Shown in pieces: positions 25,395 to 39,123 of a DNA stretch of 64,000 bases. The notes beneath the pieces are model-generated. The model searched no databases, was not told the origin of the DNA, and saw only the letters and a list, made by a program, of their open reading frames with translations. Position numbers and translations under genes: made by a program. The stretch covers positions 300,762,001 to 300,826,000 of the forward strand of contig OZ024740.1 in NCBI GenBank assembly GCA_964016885.1, given 5' to 3'. The stretch comes from Eledone cirrhosa (lineage: Eukaryota). The stretch's first letter is position 1. The number at the start of each line of letters is the position of its first letter.

Positions 25395-26545
25395 TAAGGG
25401 AATCACATGATTGGATGATCAAACTCGTTTTGAAACACGAAAGCATCAAAAGATCATATTCCATTACAAAAGATGCACAAATATACACTAATGGACTACA
25501 AATTTCAGAAGTCCCATTTACTGCTGAAATGGAAAACACAGAAAAAGCAAAGCAGGTAAAAGTAACTGCAAAGAAAGAACTGCTACAGAAACTGGCTAAG
25601 AAATGGCAAGAAAAGCCTCTGTATGGAAAATACCCAGAGCGAGCTAACAATCCTGATGTTGACAAAACTTTAACCCATCAGTGGTTGGCATCCTCTGGAC
25701 TGAAATCGGAGACTGAAGGACTGATTATATCGGCACAAATGAATGTCTGCCAACAAAAAATTACCAAGCCAACATAATAAAAAATGGGTGCAGCCCATTA
25801 TGCCGTGTATGCAAAAAACAACCAGAGACCATTGACCATATAATTTCAATGTGCAGTCCTATAGCTCCAACCGAATACCTAAACAGGCATGACAGAGCTG
25901 CACAATACATACATTGGATAATGTGTAAGCATTTTGACCTGCCCCATCAAAAGAATTGGTGGGAGCATCAACCACCTCCCATACTTGAAAAAGATCACAT
26001 CTCAATCTTGTGGAACTTTAGCATCCAAACAGACCGAAAAATAGATGCAAATAGACCTGATATAATATTGAAGCACTTTCAAAAGAGGGTATGCCTGCTA
26101 ATTGATATGTCTGTTCCAATAGACAAGAATATATCTATAAAAACATTTTAAAAATTGAGCAAGTATAAGGACCTGGAGATAAAATTGGAAAAATGTGGAA
26201 ATTGAGAAATAAAACAATACCAGTGGTTGTAGGCGCTCTGGGAATGATACCTAAGGGGTCTAATGACTACTTATCGCAAATCCCAGGAAACCCGCGTATA
26301 GGAGAAATACAAAAGATAGTACTAATGGGAACTGCCCATATACTAAGGAAGATTCTGTCAATATAAGTACATCACAAGTCTAAACACTAAAGATGCATGT
26401 GTGAATATGTATGTTCTTTCTTGAACATGGCGGACCTTGTTGTCTCTTGAGGTCACTGGTTGTGACTTGGTGATAACTCGTATGAACATAAAGCAAGATA
26501 AATGCAACTGTAATAATAATAATAATAATAATAATTAATAATAAT
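25395..26545 (+). mobile_element. R4/Dong-type family B, copy 2, 5'-truncated
   Basis: Colinear with 7606-8787. (TAA)n tail from 26511. Confidence 0.92.
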
Positions 26546-26900
26546 GGTAATAATGATTCTCTTCCTGCTAAAAATAGTAACAACAAAAATTGCAATTGTA
26601 GAACCCCTAACAACTGTCCACTCCAGGGTCACTGCCTAGTTAGTAATGTAATATATAAGTGCACAGTAACTACTGATATTAGTACTAAATCCTACGTAGG
26701 GGCTTTTTATGATGAATTCAAAACAAGATTTAAAACCCATCTCCCCTCGTTTAAGAACAGAAAACTCAAGTTCTCAACCTCTCTAGCAAACTATATCCCT
26801 CATTTCTCCCAACTAATAGAATCTGACACTAGTTACACAACCAGATCGAGACTGAGCAATCTCTTTAAGAAGGAGTGTAATTTATGTCTGATGGAAGCGT
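26546..26900 (+). pseudogene. Decayed Penelope-like element: GIY-YIG endonuclease, right half
   Basis: Manual translation gives NNKNCNCRTPNNCPLQGHCLVSNVIYKCTVTTDISTKSYVG..FKTRFKTHLPSFKNRKLKFSTSLANYI ... KECNLCLME, matching the CNCR/CPLxGxCL/VIY..YVG/CNLCL PLE endonuclease pattern. Confidence 0.8.
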
Positions 26901-27130
26901 AACTTGTCTTTCATCCTTACGGGGACGATAAAATAACGTACCAGTAATACACTGGGATAATTTCTGGCCTTGAGCAAAAATTAGAAACAATTATATTATA
27001 TGCCCACCTCAGTCTGAGATCCAATCCCGCCGAGGTTAACTTTGCCTTTCATCCTTACGGGGTCGATAAAACAAACCAGTAATGTACTGGGAAATTGCTG
27101 GCCTTTTGCAAAAAGTAGAAACAATTATAT
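26900..27130 (+). mobile_element. Two tandem 5'-truncated SINE copies
   Basis: Both carry the central block and the AGAAACAATTAT end. ATTATATTAT(A/G)TGCCCACCTCA is duplicated around the second copy. Confidence 0.85.
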
Positions 27131-27896
27131 TATGTGCCCACCTCATACACTTATAACCAATAGGATAGAAACTCCAATAAATTACCAACGTATGCCTCCC
27201 TACTCTTTCTCTAAATAACCTTTGACCCAATGTAACCTTCATATTCTCAAACTGTTCTCTCCTCCTTCAACCATACAACTCCTATTAGCTAACTCCTACA
27301 TATTAGCCAGGTTATGTAAATCACTACTGCACTTAATTAACTACTTAACTGGAACCTACCAGTATCACTTCACTTGGGATGTTATAATTATTAAACATCT
27401 TTGCAAAAAATATTTTTCGAATAAATGCGGCATAGTTACCACGATTTTTATTTACAAATTAGATATGAATTTCGATGTTAAAATCGTATTTACCCATTCA
27501 TGGTTCCTAATTAAACCCTTTACTTTCCTCTGAGGCTCCGAGGAGCCCAACTTGCGCGTAACATGTGTAAGAGCTCGTTATAAATACATTTAACGCTCAG
27601 CTTCTCTTTCTTCAATTTCTGCGATTATAATTTCTCTGCCTAAATTCGCACACTAAATATTAACGCTTCTAATATTTAACCCTGTCTGCTCAACCATCGA
27701 GCAGTAAAGCACCTGCTTATGGCAATTAATTATCTGTATCGTCTCCTTCTATAACGCTTCTTCTCTCTATTCTCTCTCACGGTATTGTAACATTTTATTA
27801 TTTTATATATATATATATATATTAGATAATAATAACAAAGGCAACTTCATTTACATATTCTTTTCATTGCTTTACGATCGTTTTGGAGGGTTGACG

Positions 27897-27973
<77 letters not shown>

Positions 27974-28547
27974 AAGGGGTCGGTGAGCTGTGTAAATCTT
28001 CTAACTTGGCCCCTTAGAAAAAAAGATTAATTAAAATATACTGACATCGGTGGAAACGCGAAAAAGGCTGTAGAATTCACACTTCAAGAAGCTATCTCCA
28101 TCTCCGAATATCTGAATTTCACAATACCTAGAAAAGGTTATAACGAAGGAAATGACCTGTATCAAGAGAAAATGTAGGATAAATACCTACGAAACTGATC
28201 CGAGAGAATTTCAAAGAGAACTACACAGACCTTCTATATACTGCTGGATAATCATGTTGTAAAAGAGAAACGAGCCGTACACAATCGATCTGTTACAGAT
28301 ATAGACAATCAGATTTCTTGTGATGAGATTTGCTAAACCTCCGGAGTCAAGCTCCTCTTCAGAGACTTTGTTTCTAAGAAGAGGCAAAGCCCTATAAAGA
28401 GTTTGTAGTATATTCAGACCAAAGAAAGACTCAGTATGCCGTGGCTGATGCTGTTCAGACAAACACCGAGGCTTCGAGCAGGGAATATACTATCTTCTAT
28501 ATATATATACTATCACCAATTGATAGACAGTTGTATACAAACACACA

Positions 28548-28604
<57 letters not shown>

Positions 28605-28621
28605 GCACACACGCACACGCG

Positions 28622-28681
<60 letters not shown>

Positions 28682-28689
28682 TGTATATG

Positions 28690-28721
<32 letters not shown>

Positions 28722-28759
28722 TCATATATATGTATATATAATATATATATATATATTTA

Positions 28760-29830
28760 TAATTATTAATAATAATAAATTTCAAGACTAAAATCCAAAG
28801 AGGGATCGATTAGGATAAATATATATCAAATATATAAGAACCGTAGAGCAAATATTTATTAAAATAACAGATTAAAGGTTAAACAAAGAATCGCTGCTTT
28901 CACCCTCAACGGGATCTTCTGAAACTAACAAAGTCAATCTGTAAACGCAGAAGTGTATATTTCAAAAAACCTTGCAACCGGAGGAAGACAGGTACATATG
29001 GTTTGGCTATGTGTATACGGGAGTTTTGCGTCTGTGTGAGTATGCAGGTTCGTACGTATGTAGGGTGTGTGTATATGTGTACTTCATGTGTTGGTTGACT
29101 TACGGCTCCGAACATTCGTGTATTTACATCTAGGTATGTGTGTGCGCTTGTTATTTACGTATTTATTTATTTATATACGTTTATATAATTATTTATTTAT
29201 TTATTTGTATACACGCATACACACACACACACATATTTATATGTGCGTGGTTTTGTATACCTACGGTAAGTGTTTTACGTATGCTTGTGTATGTACGTAT
29301 TTGTTTGCGTGTATGTATGTATTTATTTATATTACTTCTGTATTGTATTTATTTACTTTGTTCTTAACTCTGTAGCGGAGATTCATTCGGTTTCGTAGTT
29401 AGAATTTTAGTCTCCGACTTCTGCTATACCATTTACGTGGTTTTGTCTTTGCGTGCTATTGTTCTCCACGCTCCACATATGACGTATTATCTTCGTTTTT
29501 TCCGTTCATTGCCAGAGAACGTCTCTATGAACCACCTAAGAGAACATTAGTCTACGACCTCTTTTATACCATAAACGTGGTTCTGTCTTTGCGCGTAATT
29601 GTTTTTCACCGCTCCTATTAATGACGTATCTTATTCGCTTTTTCCCGTTCTTTGCCAGCGAACGTTTCCACGAACCAAAGTATCGTCTTCCTGTCTTCCT
29701 CCAGTTGCAACGTTTTTTTAAATATCCTCTTCTGCGTTTACAGATTGACTTTGTTAGTTTCAGAAGATCCCGTTAGGGGTGAAAGCAGCGATTCTTTGCG
29801 CACACTTTAATCTGTTATTTTAATAAATAT
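28760..29830 (-). mobile_element. Inverted-repeat element in (TA)n, probable Penelope-like remnant
   Basis: Arms 28852-28992 and 29690-29830, unpaired tail at about 28760-28851, and a ~140-bp tandem duplication in the spacer (29407-29534 / 29547-29677). A short second copy of the tail lies at about 31870-31983. Confidence 0.6.
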
Positions 29831-30505
29831 ATATATATATTTATATATACATATGTATGTATATATACAGGTGCATGCGTTCAACCTCAATGCATGTGTG
29901 TCTTTTGTTATTATTCCATGTATGTTTGTGTGTGTATATGTGCCGTAGCAATATTTTTTTGTAAGTAAAACTGCAGATACTGGACGGCATCATTATTAAA
30001 ATGACAAATCATGTTTACGAAGTAAAATTTCCGTTTAATTTAGATTGACCGCCATCTTAACCTCTATTCAGAGAAAGCAATTTCAGGCAAAATTATCGAT
30101 TTATTGTTTATTTCTGGCACATTTATATCGAAATTTTAAGAGTACAATGTTGTTATGACTCTCATTTGATGTATGTATAAATATAGAAGTAAACATGCTT
30201 ATAAAAATATCGGAGGAGTTAATAATTTAATTTGTCCAAGAAGAATTATGTCAAAATACTTATCTAAGAAGTACACCGCAATAGATGAAGCCCTGTATGC
30301 GTACGAGATACTTGCAGGATTTCATAGAAATAGCATTCACATACACAAAGAAACGCGCGCTCGCGCACGCAAACACACAGACACAAAAAGATAAAAGACA
30401 TACGCACATACACAGCCTCAGAGAAATACATACTCATTAATACATATATGTAAATGCCATATATGTTTAAATATGTATGTGTGTGACTGTATGTGTGTGT
30501 GTGTG

Positions 30506-30543
<38 letters not shown>

Positions 30544-30704
30544 AATGTCCTTGATAAAGTCACTTTCTTTCACATGGTTCTATCTGCCAGGATTTTTGAC
30601 ACATAGATAGTTTTAGCAATGGTATCGACCATTGGAAACATTGTTTCCTCGGTCCAACCCACTCATTAAGTGAACGAGGTATGCGGTTATTGTTGATCCA
30701 CTGT

Positions 30705-30795
<91 letters not shown>

Positions 30796-30796
30796 C

Positions 30797-30864
<68 letters not shown>

Positions 30865-31698
30865 AGAGAGATATCTATATATAAATGATTCCTGCATATC
30901 CAATGTATTGACTACCTTTGTTATCTTTGGTGGCTATTCTCCAACACAACACGGTAATATACATATGATATCTATCTATCTGTATATATATATATATTTA
31001 TATATATATAGAGAGAGATATATACATATATATATATCGATTCTCGATTATTTATTTGTATTTATCTCCAGTCTTTAGCTATTGACCAGTTAATTTTATT
31101 GATTTTTTAGTTGATCTTATTGACTGATGAATAGCTCTTGTTAATTTTAACACGTCTGTTGAGAACTCTAATTCGATATGTGATATTTTGTACTTTTACA
31201 AAAATATACACATTACTGAATTCATTTGCCTAATATAGGGGTTCCCTCCCTTGCTGGACTCCACGTGCGTTTAGTAACGGGTGCTTCTGTATTTTTGAAC
31301 GAAATGCCTGCTGAGAAAGCAGTTTCCTCGTTCGTCTATTTGCCAGAAGTCAGATATATTTTTTATGTGGGCTGACGGTAATTGATTAAGCAACTGCAGA
31401 AACCCCAAAAGCTATAATTTAACATCCTTCTAGCGGGTTCGGGTAAGATTTTACATTCATTTAATTTATTAATTTATTAATTTATTATTTGTGTGACCCG
31501 AATTTTCCTGGTCGTCTTTTCGACTGTGCGAATAATTTTAAGCATTGTCTCTATGTGTTGGTATTTAAATGATAGTTATAGCTCTGGTTTATCCAAACTA
31601 TTGAGCACTTTGCCATGCATTTCGAAGATTGTGTTTCGTTATTTCGTGGGCCGAGATTTCGATTCTCGATTATTTATTTGTATATATATATATATATA

Positions 31699-31862
31699 TA
31701 ATTGTTTCTACTTTTGGCACAAAGCCAGCAATAACCCAGTAGATTACTGGTACTTTATTTTATCGACCCCATAAGGATGAAAGGCAAAGTTAACCTCGGC
31801 GGGATTTGAACTCAGAATAGCATGGGCCGGAACTCTATACGTCAAAGCATGGCGTCCGACCC
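31699..31862 (-). mobile_element. SINE copy
   Basis: Reverse complement of the SINE consensus, including GGGATTTGAAC (B-box). Confidence 0.88.
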
Positions 31863-31983
31863 TATATATATAATAATAATAAATGTGATGAATAAAATCC
31901 AAAGAGGGCTCGATAAGGTAAATATATATCAAATATATAAGAACCCTAGAGCAAATATTTATTAAACTTTAATCTGTTATATT

Positions 31984-32497
31984 GAGGAAAATACCAAACC
32001 CTGGGCGGCGTGCCACAGTTCGTGATCGGTTTGGAAGTAGGACCTTCGTAAAGACCTGAAGATCCGTCTTTTCGTTGCTACAGGGGAGTCTGTGCTGCTG
32101 TACGGGTCTGAGATTGGACACTTACCAAGAAACACACTCAGATGGTGGATGGCTGCTACACGAGAATACTGAAGATGGCTCTTAACATTAATCTGTATAC
32201 ATTGAGGATAAAGAACTCAGAGCTGTACGGGACCTCCCAAAGATCATCTCGAAATTAGCATTGAGGAGACTGATGTTTGCTGGACATGCTCACCGACATC
32301 CAGGGCTGACATTGCACTCAGTGATCCTGTAGCAGTCCCTGCACGGACACACTAGAAGACAGAGACCTAGGTTGACATATGTTGATGCCTTAACGACAGA
32401 CGCCGGTCTCTTGGAGACGCAGGTCATGGCAGCGATGATGAGGGACAGACTCCGCTGGAGAGAACTCGTCCATGGATCTCGGGGAATTTTACCCGCC
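31984..32497 (+). mobile_element. RTE-clade LINE 3' fragment, same family as 2428-2699
   Basis: KIRLFVATGESVLLYGSE, DGCYTRILKMALN, RRLMFAGHAHRH and RDRLRWR motifs, with frameshifts and stops. Confidence 0.88.
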
Positions 32498-33066
32498 CTA
32501 TAATATATATATATGCGTGTGTGGTATGATACGTCATTGTGTGTGAGCAAGTTTGTGTATATATGTTATATGAATATAAATAATAATAGGAAAATATTGA
32601 CATGGCCGCGGAACGTCGCTGGCAAATAACGAACATTCCAAAAAAGGTTCACTTTAATCTAGAGCTAAGTAACATTGTTTCCAGGGTTGATACAAAAATC
32701 TGTTTCCATATCACCCCTATATATTTGTTTTGAGGTGCTGGATGTTAAATTATTGCTGAGTGGGCATTTTTATATTGTTTTATATCAATAAATCTTTATC
32801 TACTAAAGTTTCTTTGCTACAGTTTAATGTGTGTGTAGGACCTATGGTTAAGTTTGTGGTGGTATATATCATCAGACACTGAACGGGCATATCATTAAAG
32901 GAAACATACAATTATAGGTATAGCTATAGGAAGTTATAAAACGAAACATGAATAGAATTTGGGAATTTGAATATATGTAGGCATATAATCATATAAGCAT
33001 ATGCACATACCTACAAACATATAAATAGAGAAATATTTAGTCCATATCTCTCGAAATTGTAAATAA

Positions 33067-33100
<34 letters not shown>

Positions 33101-33840
33101 ACTACATTTTCATTAACCTTCATACTTTCAAAAGGTTAATCCTCCTGATATAGTGGTCATTGGTGCAGACTTAAACAATTGAATATGGCGCAGTGAAAAG
33201 GGAATATTTAATTGTGAATCCTTAACCAGATGACAGGTGTTTTATCTAAATTTTCTGTAAAATACGGTTATGTCTTCGATCGCAAGTATTGGAAAATCTA
33301 ATTAATAATTAGAAATCTGAAAACACATTCTTGCTTAATATGTCGGAGGCTAATTCACGACAAAATAAGAAGTAGGAATGGCGCCCTGAATTCTAAAATT
33401 ACTGACAATGGCATCAATAGGTCGGCTAATTACAATGAGAGTTTATTTCAATGTCCATGAGTGGTAATTCATACGAAGTTGGTAACATGCGATCGATAGA
33501 TATGTCATGGCAGCTATTATATTGATTAATTTTCTATCTCCTTCGTCTCGTACATATGATAGGTGCAACATCTACGCAACTTTATTATATTAGCTCAGAC
33601 ATTTACATATCTATGCGCGTATATCAATGTATGCGACTGTGTAGGTAAGCACACGCGTACACACACTCACACACACCCACACACATATATAGGTGCGTTT
33701 GTGTGTGTGCGTGTGTGTGTGTGTGTGCGCATGTATACGTGTGTCTGTGTGTTTGCGTGTGTATAGTAGTGTATACGTGTGCGTGTGTCTGCATGCATGT
33801 ATATTGCATGTATACGTATATATATATATATATATATATA

Positions 33841-34024
33841 TAACGGAGGAAATGTGGTAAGGAACCAGGTGGACCATAACGCACCAAAGTACTCAATACT
33901 TAGGGTAGTAGAGTGGGTAATAGGAACGAGTAGGACCCCGACGGCTGAGCTCAAGCCGTTTCGACGGCTAATTCTGGACTCAGAAACGGCCTGAGCTCAG
34001 CCGTCGGGGTCCTATTCGTTCCTA
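33841..34024 (-). mobile_element. Short hairpin-plus-tail element in (TA)n
   Basis: Arms 33921-33962 and 33983-34024, with an 80-bp tail at 33841-33920. A second copy lies at 56351-56470. Confidence 0.7.
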
Positions 34025-34028
34025 TATA

Positions 34029-34090
<62 letters not shown>

Positions 34091-34103
34091 TGTATATGTA
34101 TGT

Positions 34104-34181
<78 letters not shown>

Positions 34182-34413
34182 ATACTTTGGGAGGGTCATG
34201 TTGCCAATAAGAAACACACGCACCATTTGCTTTCACTTAATGTATTATAATAAATTTATAAATTTAGGAATTTATAAATTTCCGGTTGGTTGGTTGGTTG
34301 GTTCCATAATCAGATGGTTGTTTATATATTTTCAAAGTTCTTTCGTCACACCTTCTGTGACCTCTTCAGTGACTGGAGACCCTTTTCTTTGATTTTGTGC
34401 CTCTCCTTTGTTC

Positions 34414-36686
34414 ATCAACACCGATGTAAGAAGATTACAACTCACCAAAAAGCAAGCAGATAGGCTAAAACGAACACTAATTCTAAACATAAAAAAGAAG
34501 ATCTATAGAGAATTAAGTCATCCAGAAAAGTCTGGAAATGGCTTGCGTAAGCTCATGCAGCGCTCGCGTAATGGAGAGATATCATGCTTTCCAACAGACA
34601 AGTCTGGCAGAATGTCGGTTGACAGCCGGCCAAACTCAATCCAGACAATGCAACCTCACATCACCAACACAAGAGAAGTAACACCACAGGAGCATGATGA
34701 TAGAGAAAAAGCCCTCAATGCCCATATGGTGATGGGGACGAATATAATGCAGTCCAACAAAAGGACTGCCAACAACTTCCAGGCCTGGAACAATGACGTG
34801 CCGGCGTTGTATGGGCATCGAAAAGACCATAAAACGGGCAGTGACCCTGTCACGGGACCACCAACACGGCCAGTCTGTGGAGCTAACATTGCTAGTAACT
34901 ACAGACTGTCCTACTTCCTCTCCCTGATCATACGCCCCATCATTGAAATGTCCCCAGATGTATGTGACAGCACGGAGGACCTCCTCAGCAGAATCGGCGA
35001 GAGTAACCGATCTAGTGACCTAACAAATTGCATAATAGGTAGTATGGATGTTGTGTCCCTGTATCCATCTATTGCTGTGGATTTTGCTGTGGAGAAATGC
35101 GTAGAAATGATCAGAGAGAGCAATGTTGAGTTCCGTGGGATTGACACCGGTGAGCTGGGACTCCTACTTAAACTTAGCTATAGTAATAATTACCTAGACA
35201 CATATGACCTTAGCAACCTGTGCCCTACAAGACCAGCAAGAGGCAGACCACCTACCATTACATCAATGGCCAACAAAACCCACACAGATAGATGGCACGG
35301 GTGGACCAGAGCCATACGGACACCTGAAAACCACGATGAACTGAAGAAAATGATTGCACATGCGGTGGGGACCAGCATAAAATTAACCCTTAAGGAACAT
35401 ATGTTCAAATTTAATGGAAAAACATATGCCTAAGAGGAAAGAGCAGCCATTGGTGTTAGCATTGCAGGCGACATAGCTAACCTATTCATGGTATGGTGGG
35501 ACAGTAGACTTAAACTTAAACTTAAAGAACAATTAAAAGACCCCTTAACCCTGATAATGTAGTCCCGCTATGTTGATGATATAAACATCGTAGTTAAAAC
35601 ACCCCCACTAGAGAACAGTCAGGAATTAGAGAAAAACACAATGGAAAGCATCCAGCAAATAGCTAACTCCATCCACCAGAGTATTAGAGTTACTATAGAC
35701 TACCCAAGCAAACACCCCAACCATCGATTACCCGTACTAGACACAGAGCTCTGGTTAGATACCATTAATAACAAAAAAACAAATCCTCCATTCCCATTAT
35801 GCCAAATATCTGATCCACCGAAACTCAGCTGTTTCGGACAATACCAAAATCAACATACTGGTTGCGGATTTGGTACGGATGATGGGAAACGTGTCCCGCA
35901 TGTGCAACCCCGAAGAACTAGAGAGACACATACAACACTTCATCCACCGTATGCAGTTCTCTGGTTACAATCAGAGAGATAAAATCAGAGTGTATAGAGG
36001 AGCCAGAAACAAATGGGACAAAATGGTAAATAATGACACAAATTGGACCTGCCCCTTGTATAGGAGCAAATTTTGGAATAGAATAGAAAGAACTAGGAAT
36101 AAGGCTAATAGAATAAACTCATGGTATGATAGCATTAAATACCAGAGTGTAATGTTCATCGATACAACCCCTAGAGGTGAATTAGCTTACAAATTTAGAA
36201 GGGCCCTAGACAAACATAAACTCAATATTAAGATAGTAGAAAGACAAGGTACCTCCGTAAAAACACTTATTAGCAAGACATACCCTTTTCAAAGACCCCC
36301 CCTGTATAGATAAGAAATGTATAACCTGTAAATTAAGCCCCCATATTATCTGTAAAACTAGAAATGTATTATATAGCATAAGATGTACTGAAGGACAATG
36401 TAGAGACAAACATATAGTGTACATAGGTGAGACAGCTCGTAGTGTAGGGGAACGGATAAATGAACACTGGCGAGACCTTCAAGATAGTAAAGAATCATCT
36501 GTACTCTACCAACATGCTAAAATAGAACATAAGGGTAAATTAGAGAACATAGAACTAAAAATAGAATCTACACGCGGAAAAGACGCAATGTTTAGACAAA
36601 TCACAGAGGCAATAAACATGAAAGAATTACAACCAAAATTAAATAGAAAATATGAGTGGAACAGCAACATCACAACTTACAATTAA
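34414..36686 (+). pseudogene. PLE RT and GIY-YIG ORF, disrupted
   Basis: PTDKSG, RKDHK, PTRPVCGA, STEDLL, GSMDVVSLYPSI, AIGVSIAGDIANLFM, RYVDD, LPVLDTELW, then a Cys-rich linker and NVLYSIRC...YIGETARS..ERINEH. Several stops and frameshifts. Confidence 0.92.
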
Positions 36687-36886
36687 GGACAAAATGAAAA
36701 CACACACGCACATAGAACAAACAACCAACCTGTAACATGTAAATAAACAAATAAATAAACGAATATAAACACGCACAGACACCCGGATATGGTGCATACG
36801 CAGACTGAGCACACAACACACACACAGACACAAAATGGCGTAGGACAGAACAAAGGAGAGGCACAAAAACAAAGAAAAAATCCCCA

Positions 36887-36929
36887 GTCACTGAAGAGGT
36901 CACAGAATGTGTGACGAAAGAACTTTGAC
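36887..36929 (+). ncRNA. Minimal type I hammerhead ribozyme in the PLE terminal repeat
   Basis: GTCA-CTGAAGA-G-GTCACA(GAATG)TGTGAC-GAAA-GAAC-TT-TGAC: stem I GTCA/TGAC, 6-bp stem II, 2-bp stem III, CUU cleavage triplet. Confidence 0.75.
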
Positions 36930-37137
36930 AATATATAAACAACCATCTGATTATGGAACCAACCAACCAACCGGAAATTTATAAATTCCTAAATTTATAA
37001 ATTTATTATAATAAATTGAAGGGAAAGCTACTGGTGCGTGTGTTTCTTATTGGCAACATGACCCTCCCAAAGTATAACAATATCGGTTTCAACACACGTT
37101 TTCAGATAAAGAATCTTGCTAAACAAATTCAGAAACG

Positions 37138-37171
<34 letters not shown>

Positions 37172-37220
37172 GTATATATATATATATATATGCATCTATA
37201 TGTATGTATACGTATGTATA

Positions 37221-37304
<84 letters not shown>

Positions 37305-37653
37305 TATATACATTTGGCTGATGGCAATAATTATGTGTGTGGTGCCGTGTTAAAATAGATATTATTGATGTATTTGTCTACAAATAAATGAATGCAATAT
37401 TTCATATATTTATTACCTTTCGAGTATTTGATGTGAAATTAGTTAGCTATAAGGGAACAGATAGGTAGTTATATCGGTAGATACTTTTAAAAACTTAAAA
37501 CATACTGAAAATAACTTACAACATGTATGTACTGGCACTATGCTTTAAACAAAATAATGTGAACGTAGCTTTCAGCAGATACATTTTGAAATTTTGGAAT
37601 TGCTTCTACCATATCGAACCATTATCAATATATATATATATATATTGATAATG

Positions 37654-37835
37654 GGCGGTGGATTGGCAGTGTCGGTGTAGGGTCGGACGCCATGCTTTCC
37701 AGCATAGTTACGTCCCTTTACGATCTGAGTTCAAATCCCGCCGAGGTTGACTTTGCCTTTCATCCTTACGGGATCGATAAATTTAAGTACCAGTAACGCA
37801 CTGGGTAATTGCTGGCCTTGTGCCTAAAGTAGAAA

Positions 37836-37840
<5 letters not shown>
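37654..37840 (+). mobile_element. SINE, full length
   Basis: GGCGGTGGATTGGCAGTGTCGG head, B-box GTTCAAATCC and the conserved tail. Confidence 0.92.
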
Positions 37841-37870
<30 letters not shown>

Positions 37871-37876
<6 letters not shown>

Positions 37877-38249
37877 TCAAGCTATCAATAATGTAGTGAT
37901 AATATTACGTCACGTTAGAGATGAACAGCGTACGTGTAGGTTTGCGCAACGTGTATAAATTATATTCCGGAGAAAATGTAGAAAAGATGAATATAAAATG
38001 AAAGTGCTTTTATAAAGGAATTTATTAGGTATTGACATATGTTTCTGTAACAGACGGAATACCTATGTATCGCTGCTTGCGTAATCATATAATGTTAGCA
38101 AGTATTCCATAGCAAATGTATAATCGAATACTTGCTAACATTATATGATTACGCAAGGAGCGATACATAGGTATCCCGTCTGTTAGAGAAACATATGTCA
38201 ATACCTAATAAATTCCTTTATAAAAGCACTTTCATTTTATATTCATCTT

Positions 38250-38254
<5 letters not shown>
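37871..38254 (-). mobile_element. Hairpin-plus-tail element in (TA)n
   Basis: Near-perfect 129-bp arms 37979-38107 and 38126-38254, 18-nt loop, unpaired tail 37871-37978. Confidence 0.75.
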
Positions 38255-38304
<50 letters not shown>

Positions 38305-39089
38305 CGTGTGTGTGTGTGTGTGTATAATATTCTTAATTGGGTCTCTAACTTTACCACATTAAGGGCCATTGTCTATTTTATTTAGTTACAATAGACAAAC
38401 ATTTCCAGAATGTCAAGTACTTGAACCAATACTTTATGAATTATCGAGAATATCTATTAGATTTTGTGCAGAAGAATTAGTAACAATAATTATATTCTGA
38501 CTAATCCATTACAGCTTTTTCATTCGAATATCATTGTCCCATTTGAATTAATTTACATTTTATAATAAATGTCTACCATATTCAATTTGCGTAAAATCAA
38601 GAGGCTTCATATTGAATTTCATACTAAATGTTCGCAATGTATAGGTTTATATGGAAATGAATGTATATGTTTGCTTTCACTCTCTCAACATCGTCACGTT
38701 GCTCAGTTGTAAAAGGAAGCCCTCTCATAAATCCATGCCGACTTCATAAGAATAGACAGCACTTACCCTACCCTGTATAACGTCAGTAGACTAGAGGAGA
38801 TTGTTATATAATGTTTGCAAACCACTTTCATTTCCTTTCCTCCGTTTACCACAATGTCGTCCTTGTTGTTTAACGTCGAAACTTTCCACCTGAGAGCGTT
38901 ACCTTCCGTTCGCAATCTTTGAGGCTTTCCCGTTCCTATGCCATCTGTAAGAACTTTTCTTTTCTGTAAATCCCGCAAGTCTTCTTGCAGATATTGTCTT
39001 ATCACTTCTTCTTTAAATGTGAAATCACATACACACACACATACACACACATACACACACATACACACACATACACACACACACACACA

Positions 39090-39123
<34 letters not shown>

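Larger units (their letters stand above)
34177..37140 (+). mobile_element. Penelope-like element family 1 (RT plus C-terminal GIY-YIG), 5'-truncated, inverted terminal repeats
   Basis: Inverted arms 34177-34413 and 36848-37082, tail 37083-37140, (TA)n on both flanks. Confidence 0.92.

Noticed and set aside
27520-27580. Hammerhead remnant for the old PLE
   Set aside because: The position is plausible, but both core segments deviate (CTGAGGC, GTAA), so it cannot be supported.
29407-29677. CRISPR-like or regulatory array
   Set aside because: Only two diverged ~140-bp units in eukaryotic repeat DNA, with no repeat-spacer structure or cas genes.
34177-37082. DNA transposon interpretation of the long inverted repeats
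   Set aside because: The enclosed ORF is RT plus GIY-YIG, not a transposase; the repeats are asymmetric and contain hammerheads.
37619-37654. Small palindrome CCATTATCAATA..TATTGATAATGG
   Set aside because: Mostly a self-complementary TA run with ~10-bp flanks, too short to interpret.
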